Positions 57,728-64,000 of a DNA stretch of 64,000 bases are shown here, piece after piece. A program made the position numbers and the translations under genes. How positions within the stretch are numbered: position 1 is the first letter of the stretch; every line of letters begins with the position of its first letter. Below the pieces are notes generated by a model. The model was not told the DNA's origin. It saw only the letters and a program-made list of their open reading frames with translations, and made no database searches. The DNA comes from Candidatus Multivorans sp. (GTDB lineage Bacteria > Acidobacteriota > Thermoanaerobaculia > Multivoradales > Multivoraceae): the NCBI GenBank assembly GCA_965224025.1, contig OZ245033.1, forward strand, positions 160,001 to 224,000, written 5' to 3'.

Positions 57728-58252
57728 TCAGGCGACTACGTAGGGAATCGTCTGCGGCCCCTCGGGCAGCACGCAGACGCGTGCGTCGGGCCGGCCGGCG
57801 AGGCATTCGGCGATTGCCTCATCGAGGTCGGACGCCGGCTCGAAGTGGGCGGCTGCAAGCTGCTCCGCGGTCAGACCGCCGGCCTTGACCAGAACCCGAG
57901 CGCGGCGCTGGATCAGCGCCTGCACCTGCACCTGCCACTGGTCCGGCTCGGTCACGGGCCGAGCCTCGATCTGCTGAAGCAGCTCCTCGGGCGAGCCGCC
58001 GCGGCCAAGCAGTTCCGCGTAACGGCCATGGTCCGGGATGCCGTCGCTGCACTCCGCCGCGCAGAGGATCGTGCCGCCGTCCGCGACCACTTGCGCCGCC
58101 GCGGACATCCCCTTGACCGCCTGGTACAGGTTCTGGTCGAGGGGATAGCCGGAGTTCGTCGTCACCACGACCTCGAACCGACGTCCGGTCTCCCGCATGG
58201 CGATCAGCCGCGCCGCTTCACACGGCTGGGCGTGCCGCTCGGACAGCTCGCA
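57728..58252 (-). pseudogene. Duplicated 3' fragment of the larA-like gene
   Basis: CEAARLIAMRETGRRFEVVVTTNSGYPLDQNLYQAVKGM...VLPEGPQTIPYV closely matches the last ~170 aa of 61888-63168. Confidence 0.85.
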
Positions 58253-58322
58253 AGCGAGACAATCCTTGCTTCCCAGTTCTCAGGGCGGCCTTCTGGAGCG
58301 GGGCCGACTCGAAGCCGGAGGA

Positions 58323-58877
58323 TCAGCGCCTGAGGCGCCGCAGAAGCTCGGCTTCGTCGGCGCATGTCTGCGCCGCCTGGACCATCTCGACCTCGGACCA
58401 GCCGCGGAGGCCGGCCAGGCGTTCGGTCAGGCCCGGGCTCGCGGGAACGCCGCGCGCCTGGAGTACCGCGACCACCATGCGGACACGCCCTCGGGCAAGA
58501 CCCTCCGCGCGGCCCTCGGCATGGGCCTCCCCGCGCACCTCGGCACGCTCCACCCGCAGCCACGGCTCGTCGTCCGGGCCGGTCCCCTCCGCAGCGCCCA
58601 GAGTCCGGCCGATGCGACGCAGAACGGCCAGGGTCTCCGGCGACGGCAGACGCCGGCTCAGTGCGACATGGATCTCCTCGGCCGTCCAGCCCGGGAACGA
58701 GCGGCTGGAGGACGCTTCCTGGAAACGCTCGCCGTCATGGACGTGAATCGTCAGCCCGCAAAGCCGCGACTTCGGACGCGAACGTTCGTCCGGCACGTCG
58801 ACCCAGACCTCCGGGAAACCCCACCCCTCGTAGAGCGGCAGCTTCCACACCCGCACATCGCTCGAGTAGTCGACCTC
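58323..58877 (-). pseudogene. C-terminal half of a Uma2-like paralog (copy B), truncated at an IS21 end
   Basis: EVDYSSDVRVWKLPLYEGWGFPEVWVDVP...AEGRAEGLARGRVRMVVAVLQARG...; homology stops exactly at the IS21 IR. Confidence 0.8.
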
Positions 58878-59025
58878 TGTCAATGGCAACCGAAACTGCA
58901 CACTTTCTCCGAGGGAGCGGTGGCGGGGCCGGTAGCGGTCGGTGGGCGGGTTCGGTCCGTCCGGAGTCGGCCGTAGGGAGCGGTGCGACCGGAGGCCGAG
59001 CCTGGACGCGCGGCGCCACCGTAGG
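58878..59025. mobile_element. Isolated IS21-family end
   Basis: TGTCAATGGCAACCGAAACTGCACACTT terminus, followed by sequence similar to the region downstream of istB at 54608-54725. Confidence 0.6.
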
Positions 59026-59028
59026 TCA

Positions 59029-59258
59029 CCGGAACGCTCCACGCGCTGCTCCTCCTCCTCGCCCATCAGGACCAGCTCGCCCGGCACCCGAAGGTCGGCG
59101 CCTCGTTCGAGGGCTTTGCGATCGAGCAGATCATCTCTTGCCTCGCGCTGACCAACGTCCACTTCTGGGGTACCCAGGGCGGTGCCGAACTGGACCCGTT
59201 GGTTGTGGTGGGAGGGCGCCGCTACGGCTTTGAAGCGAAGTACAGCGACGCGCCCGGC
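59029..59258 (+). pseudogene. Inverted fragment of an AAA+/DUF4143 paralog
   Basis: HPKVGASFEGFAIEQIISCL..HFWGTQGGAELD..GGRRYGFEAKYSDAPG is paralogous to the C-terminus of 56411-57589. Confidence 0.8.
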
Positions 59259-59301
59259 TACTCCTCAGCGCCGCCAAAGCGACGATCTTTTGGGTCCTCC
59301 T

Positions 59302-60291
59302 TCATGCGAGGAGCCGAAGCAGATCGGCTTCGTCGGCGCAGGTCTGCGCCGCCTGGACCATCTCGACCTCGGACCGGTCGCCGATGCCGGCGAGACGTTC
59401 GGTCAAGCCCGGGCTCGTGGGGACGCTGCGCGCCTGGAGTACTGCGACGACCATCCGGGCGCGCCCCTCAACACGCCCCTCAGCACGGCCCTCTTCGCGG
59501 CCCTCTTCGCGGCTCTCGGCGCGCTCCGCCCGCAACCACGGATCGTCGTCGGGAACGGTCCCGGCCGCAGCGCCCAGGGCGCGGCCGACGCGACGCAGGA
59601 CCGCCAAGGTCTCGGGCGACGGCACGGGCCGGCTCAACGCGACGTGAATCTCCCTCGCGGTCCAGCCCGGGAAGGCGCGGCTGGAAGGCACCTCCTGGTA
59701 GCGCTCGCCGTCGTGGACGTGAATCGTCAGGCCCGAGGACCGCGACCGCGGATGCGAGCGCTCATCCGGCACGTCGATCCAGACCTCAGGGAAGCCCCAC
59801 GTTTCGTACAGCCGCAGCTTCCACACGCGAATGTCGGTCGAATAGTCGACCTCCAGGACCACGTCCGGCAACACGTGGCCGTCCACGTCCACCACCGGCG
59901 AGTCGGCAGGCGCCACGCTCGTGTCGAGGTAGAGAATCTGATCCGCCTGCATGAGGACCCTGCGCTCGCCGGCAGCGCCCGACCGCACGAGGTCCGCAGA
60001 GCCGAACGCCTCGATGGGCGCGCCTCGCGACGCTCCGATCAGCCGCACCAGGCCCGCCAAGCGGTGCGAAGGCCGCTCGTGATACACAGTGGTCGGCTCG
60101 CAGACGACCATCGCCGTTTCGGTCAGGGCTTCCCAGTACTCGACCCGGCCGTCGTAGTCCTCGATCTCCTCCCGCGGGACGCGGACCGTCTCGCAGCCCG
60201 ACTCGCCGGCGAGGGCAAGCGGGGACTTCTCAGGGTCGATCAGTTCCGCTTTCGGCGCCTGGGAACTCGCGGCTTCGACCGTCTCAGCCAT
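59302..60291 (-). CDS. Uma2-like nuclease with Rpn-like repeats and C-terminal tail (copy C, intact, 329 aa)
   Basis: Same motifs as copy A; RAESREEGREEGRAEGRVEGRARMVVAVLQARS. Confidence 0.8.
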   Translation of the reverse strand: MAETVEAASSQAPKAELIDPEKSPLALAGESGCETVRVPREEIEDYDGRVEYWEALTETAMVVCEPTTVYHERPSHRLAGLVRLIGASRGAPIEAFGSADLVRSGAAGERRVLMQADQILYLDTSVAPADSPVVDVDGHVLPDVVLEVDYSTDIRVWKLRLYETWGFPEVWIDVPDERSHPRSRSSGLTIHVHDGERYQEVPSSRAFPGWTAREIHVALSRPVPSPETLAVLRRVGRALGAAAGTVPDDDPWLRAERAESREEGREEGRAEGRVEGRARMVVAVLQARSVPTSPGLTERLAGIGDRSEVEMVQAAQTCADEADLLRLLA

Positions 60292-60346
60292 GACGGCGAG
60301 CGTACCACTGACAAGGCCGTACAGACCGCGGGCCAAGCACCGGCGG

Positions 60347-60682
60347 TCATTCGAACAGGTCCGCGTGCGAGCCGGCCCGGGCAAAGTAGATCGACCCGCT
60401 CGGTCGGTCCGTGTCGTCGATGCGATAGATCAGAAGGAAGTCACCGCCGATGTGGCATTCCCGGTAGCGCGCCCACGAGCCCTTGAGCGCGTGGTCCCTC
60501 CGTTCGGGGTCGAGCGAGACATCGCTGGCAATGAGGAGGAGCATGACCGCCTTCAGCCGGTTCATGTCGTATCGGCCGGAGCGCGACAGCCGCTTCCAGT
60601 CCCTGAGGAACTGCCGGGCGTAGTCGACTCGCCGCGGCAGCTTGGCCCGTTTACTGGCCGCCGGCTTCTTCAAGCTCCGCAA
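60347..60682 (-). CDS. yafQ: YafQ-family (RelE superfamily) mRNA interferase toxin (start uncertain)
   Basis: F.RDWKRL...DHALKGSW..YRECHIGGDFLLIY...RAGSHADLF. Confidence 0.9.
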   Translation of the reverse strand: MRSLKKPAASKRAKLPRRVDYARQFLRDWKRLSRSGRYDMNRLKAVMLLLIASDVSLDPERRDHALKGSWARYRECHIGGDFLLIYRIDDTDRPSGSIYFARAGSHADLFE

Positions 60683-60932
60683 ACACCTCCTCCGCGCTGG
60701 CGAACCGCGCGCTGCGCTTCTTCACCATCCCGTCCACTTCGGCCATGGCGTGGCGGGTCTGCGCGTTCGGCACTTTGAGCTCGATCGGGAAGGCCTGATC
60801 GACGGCAATGCGGTGAAACAGTAGCCGCACGGCCTCCGAAGCCGTCAGTCCCATCGCCGCGAGCGCTGCGGTCGCCTTCTGCTTCATCTCGGTCTCCATG
60901 CGGACGTGCAGCATCGAACTCTCCGTCGTCAT
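60651..60932 (-). CDS. dinJ: DinJ/RelB-family antitoxin
   Basis: MLHVRM..EMKQKA..LAAMGLTASEAVRLLF.RI..DQAFPIELKVPNAQT; AGGAGG SD. Confidence 0.9.
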   Translation of the reverse strand: MTTESSMLHVRMETEMKQKATAALAAMGLTASEAVRLLFHRIAVDQAFPIELKVPNAQTRHAMAEVDGMVKKRSARFASAEEVFAELEEAGGQ

Positions 60933-60942
60933 CCGAGCCTCC

Positions 60943-60964
60943 TGTATCTCATTTGCGAGATACA
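60943..60964. promoter_or_regulatory. Palindromic operator upstream of dinJ-yafQ
   Basis: TGTATCTC-ATTTGC-GAGATACA perfect 8-bp IR next to the SD. Confidence 0.65.
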
Positions 60965-61041
60965 CTGCCATGCAGGCGTGACCAGGTCAACCCGAGCCGA
61001 TCGGACAACAGGACCACCCCGCATCCGACGCTTCGCGTCGA

Positions 61042-61076
61042 ATGCGGGCAGGATGCCCGCGTTCCCAGGCTCGGAG
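61042..61076 (+). repeat. REP-like palindromic repeat, copy 3
   Basis: ATGCGGGCAGGATGCCCGCGTTCCCAGGCTCGGAG, preceded by a CGACG-CTTCG-CGTCG hairpin. Confidence 0.75.
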
Positions 61077-61094
61077 AGCCGGTCCGGCACCGCT

Positions 61095-61826
61095 TCAAGG
61101 CCGCGAAGGCCGGAGCAGGCGAACCAGTACCTCGAGGGTTTCCCGGGACACGAGCGACTCGTTCAGCGCCCGGTGGATCTCCTCCGCCGTTCAGCCCGGA
61201 AAGGTCCGGCTGGCGGACACTGTCCGATACCGGTCGTCCTCCAGGACGTGGATAGTCAGTCCCGGATGCCGCGACCGCGGACGCGACCGCTCGTCCGGCA
61301 CGTCCACCCAGACCTCCGGGAAACCCCACGCCTCGGAGAGCCTCAACTTGCGCACGCGAACGTCGGTCGAATAGTCGACCTCCACGGTCACGTCGGGCAA
61401 CTTGTCGCCATCGACGTCGACCCCCGGTCCCAAGCCCAACACCTCAAGCGGGTCCAGGTACAGAATCTGGTCCGCCTGCATCAACACCTTGCGCTTGCCG
61501 CCACTCTCGAAACGCACCAGATCCGAGGCGCCGAATATCTCGATCGGCGAACCTCTCGATGCCGCGATGAGCCGCGCCAAACCAGCCAGCCGTTGCGATG
61601 GCCATTCGTGGTAGATGGTCGTCGGCTCGCACACGACGATCGCGGTCTCGGTACGGGCTTCCCGGTACTCGAGACGGCCGTCGTAGTCCTCGATGTCGTC
61701 GCACGGTATGCGGACCGCCTTGCAGCCTGGGAAGTCGGCCGGATCCAGCGGCGCCTCCTCGGTGTCGCTCAGCCTCGTTTCCTGCGCCTGGGGAGGACTG
61801 ACAACGGTCTGGACAGGCTCAGCCAT
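61095..61826 (-). pseudogene. Uma2-like paralog (copy D) with TGG->TGA nonsense change at 61191 and no repeat or tail region
   Basis: ...SRTFPG*TAEEIHRALNESLVSRETLEVL, then homology ends next to the REP. Confidence 0.78.
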
Positions 61827-61887
61827 GACCGCGAGCGTAACGCGGGCAACCGGTTCCGGCCAGCGAACGTGCGGACCCCAACCGCTC

Positions 61888-63168
61888 TCAGGCAGCGGCC
61901 GCCACATAGGGGATCGTCCGCGGACCTTCCGGCAGCACGCAGATGCGGGCCTCGGGCCGGGCGGCAAGGCATCCGGCAAGGGTCGCATCGAGGTCCGGGG
62001 CCGGCTCGAAGTGAGCGGCGGCGAGTTGCTCCTCGGTCAGTCCGTCCGCCTTGACCAGCACCCGGGCGCGGCGCTGAATCAACGCCTGGGCCTGGACCTG
62101 CCACTGGTCCGGTTCGGTCACAGGCTGGGCCTCGATCTGGGCCAGAAGTTCGCCGGGCGAGTTGCCCCGGGCGAGCAGTTCGGCGTAGCGGCCGTGGTCG
62201 GGGATGCCGTCGCTGCACTCGGCGGCGCAGAGGATCGTGCCGCCATCGGCCACGACCTGCGCCGCCGCCGACATGCCCTTGACCGCCTGGTAGAGGTTCT
62301 GGTCGAGCGGGTAGCCCGAGTTCGTCGTCACCACGACCTCGAACCGGCGGCCGGTCTCCTGCATGGCGATCGGCCGCGCCGCTTCGCAAGCTCGGGCGTG
62401 CATCGCGAACAGTTCGCCTCCGAAGACGTGCGTGATCCTCTGCGTGCGGTCGAGCAGCACATCGACACTGAAGTGAGGCCGCGCCTCGGGCCGCGCCGCG
62501 ATCGCGCGGATGTCGCTGTGGAGCGGGTTGTCGTCGATGATTCCCCAGGTCGAGCGCGGATCCCCGACGCGGGCGGCGTCGTGCAGAGTCAGCACGGCAT
62601 CGAGGCCGGCAAGGCCGGGAGCGACCATCTTCGGCCCGCCGGAGAAGCCGGCGAAGAAGTGCGGTTCCACGAAGCCGGTCGTGATCCGGAGATCCGCCTC
62701 CAACCAATAGCGGCAGAGCCGGGTCGGGACGCCTTGGCCGCTCTCCCCCAGGTCGACCAGGGACGAGTCGTCGCGGGCGTCGTGGTTGATCACGCGGCAC
62801 GAGCAGAGGATCTCCTCGCCGAGCATCGACCGGAGTTCGGCCGGCGTGTTCGCGCGGTGGGTGCCGGTGGCGATCAGGATCGTCACGTCTTCCGGCCGGA
62901 CGAGGCCGTCGAGTTCACGAAGAACCGCGCCGACCATCTCCCGGCGCGGCTGCGCCCGGGTGATGTCGCACACCGAGATCGCCATCGTCTGGCCGGGCTT
63001 CGCCAACTCCCGGAGCGGCGGTCCGGCGACCGGCTGGCGCAGCGCCGCGGTGAGAGCCGCGTCCGGGTCTCGGAGCGCCGGCGCCTGATACGGCTCGATC
63101 ACGGTCGTCCGCTCCCGCGGTACGTCGATCTCCAGGCCGCTCCGACCGTAGGCAAGGCGAACGCGCAT
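61888..63168 (-). CDS. larA: LarA-family nickel-pincer-dependent racemase/epimerase
   Basis: DITR, IATGTHR, NHD, EPHFFAGFSGGPKMVAPG, GYPLDQNLYQAVKG. Confidence 0.85.
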   Translation of the reverse strand: MRVRLAYGRSGLEIDVPRERTTVIEPYQAPALRDPDAALTAALRQPVAGPPLRELAKPGQTMAISVCDITRAQPRREMVGAVLRELDGLVRPEDVTILIATGTHRANTPAELRSMLGEEILCSCRVINHDARDDSSLVDLGESGQGVPTRLCRYWLEADLRITTGFVEPHFFAGFSGGPKMVAPGLAGLDAVLTLHDAARVGDPRSTWGIIDDNPLHSDIRAIAARPEARPHFSVDVLLDRTQRITHVFGGELFAMHARACEAARPIAMQETGRRFEVVVTTNSGYPLDQNLYQAVKGMSAAAQVVADGGTILCAAECSDGIPDHGRYAELLARGNSPGELLAQIEAQPVTEPDQWQVQAQALIQRRARVLVKADGLTEEQLAAAHFEPAPDLDATLAGCLAARPEARICVLPEGPRTIPYVAAAA

Positions 63169-63186
63169 GAACCACTTCGAGCGGCG

Positions 63187-64000
63187 CTACTCCGCCTCGT
63201 CCAAGCGGCGCACCTTGATGCTCCGGAACGCGACCTCGTCGCCGTGGTCCTGGAGCAGGATGCGGCCTTCGGGCCACTGCCCGAACCCTTCGAGGCCGGC
63301 GAACTTGCTTGCCGCGATCGCCTCCGCGAGTTGCTGCGAGTTGCGGTCGAACTCCAGCACCAGCACGTGGTTCAGCCAGTGCTCGACGCGGCCGTCGGCG
63401 CGGACGACGATCCGGGCGTGATTGAAGCGTCCCGGAGCCTTGACGAATCGACGAATCTTGGTCGCCGGCAGCACGTCGTAAAGGGATGCCAGGGTGCGAT
63501 TGCCAGTGAGGCCGGCCTGAGCGTCCGGGTGGCGCAGGTCGTCCAGGAGCTGATACTCGAACGCGACCGCCGAGCCGGGGGCCGCTCCGTAGCCTTCGGT
63601 GACCAGGTACTTGATGCCGCTGTTCGCGCCCTCCGTGAGCCGAGATTCCAGTTGGAGTTCGAAGGCCGAGAACGACTCCCGCGTCACGATGCCGCCGCCG
63701 CGCTCTCCGCCTGGCTCCGAGGCGAGCACCGTCAACTCGCCGTCCCGCACCTCCCAGCCCGTCGCCGGGAAGTCCTCGCGGTGAGCGCCTCGCCAGGCCT
63801 CCGTGCTCTCGCCGTCGAAGAGCAGCTCCCAGCCCAGCGCCGCCTCCGCCTCCGAGAGCTGGTTCGGGCGCGTATCGACGATGTAGGGGAACGGCCTGCC
63901 GCTCGGCGCCAGGTTCTCCGTGCGCAGCAAGACGCGGCGGTAGCGCACCTGCCGGCCGCCGCCGTCCGCCCCGACCGAGTGGACCTGGAGCGCGATGAAC
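63187..64000 (-). CDS. DUF1080 (3-keto-disaccharide hydrolase-like) protein, 5' part outside the window
   Basis: FIALQVH (end of a first domain) then GWELLFDG..W.V.DGEL..ANSGIKY..EYQLLDD..ASLYD..HWLN..LLQDHG.EV.FRSIKVRRL. Confidence 0.85.
   Translation of the reverse strand, partial: FIALQVHSVGADGGGRQVRYRRVLLRTENLAPSGRPFPYIVDTRPNQLSEAEAALGWELLFDGESTEAWRGAHREDFPATGWEVRDGELTVLASEPGGERGGGIVTRESFSAFELQLESRLTEGANSGIKYLVTEGYGAAPGSAVAFEYQLLDDLRHPDAQAGLTGNRTLASLYDVLPATKIRRFVKAPGRFNHARIVVRADGRVEHWLNHVLVLEFDRNSQQLAEAIAASKFAGLEGFGQWPEGRILLQDHGDEVAFRSIKVRRLDEAE

Noticed and set aside
58323-59162. 279-aa ORF that looks like a complete novel protein
   Set aside because: It is a chimeric read-through of an antisense AAA fragment, an IS21 end and the Uma2-B fragment.
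56411-61193. TGA recoding as Trp (alternative genetic code)
   Set aside because: TGA is the normal stop of many intact genes here (deoC, gltB, gltD) and Trp is TGG elsewhere.
55196-61826. Integron or diversity-generating-retroelement explanation for the paralog array
   Set aside because: No tyrosine integrase, attC-like sites, reverse transcriptase or adenine-specific TR/VR pair was seen.

Overview
High-GC bacterial chromosomal window, probably from Acidobacteriota (inferred from the Oar-type TonB-dependent receptor, the many Uma2 genes and the many R-M systems). A housekeeping backbone (rsmE, MaoC-like hydratases, aroC, deoC plus two aldehyde dehydrogenases, hisN-like, murA, lhr, mrpD-like, lysR-gltBD, larA-like) is interrupted by several defence islets: a frameshifted ~1,880-aa sacsin-like GHKL ATPase/DUF3883 nuclease gene, a convergent amino-MTase/PD-(D/E)xK nuclease pair, a XamI-type R-M pair with a DUF4238 relic, and a dcm-MORC ATPase/nuclease-vsr cluster facing a type IIG/ISP-like R-M gene. 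The 52-62 kb region is a mosaic hotspot containing an IS3 element, IS21 relics, a truncated PP-loop ATPase-AraC fusion, dinJ-yafQ, an AAA+/DUF4143 gene and five paralogous Uma2-like nuclease copies. The best candidate for an undescribed system is this Uma2-like family. Copies that retain the 3' end carry Rpn-like (E-G-R-A)n repeats followed by a conserved in-frame Met with an SD-like motif, which suggests nuclease toxins with an intragenic small antitoxin. All family assignments come from motif recognition by eye; no database searches were run.
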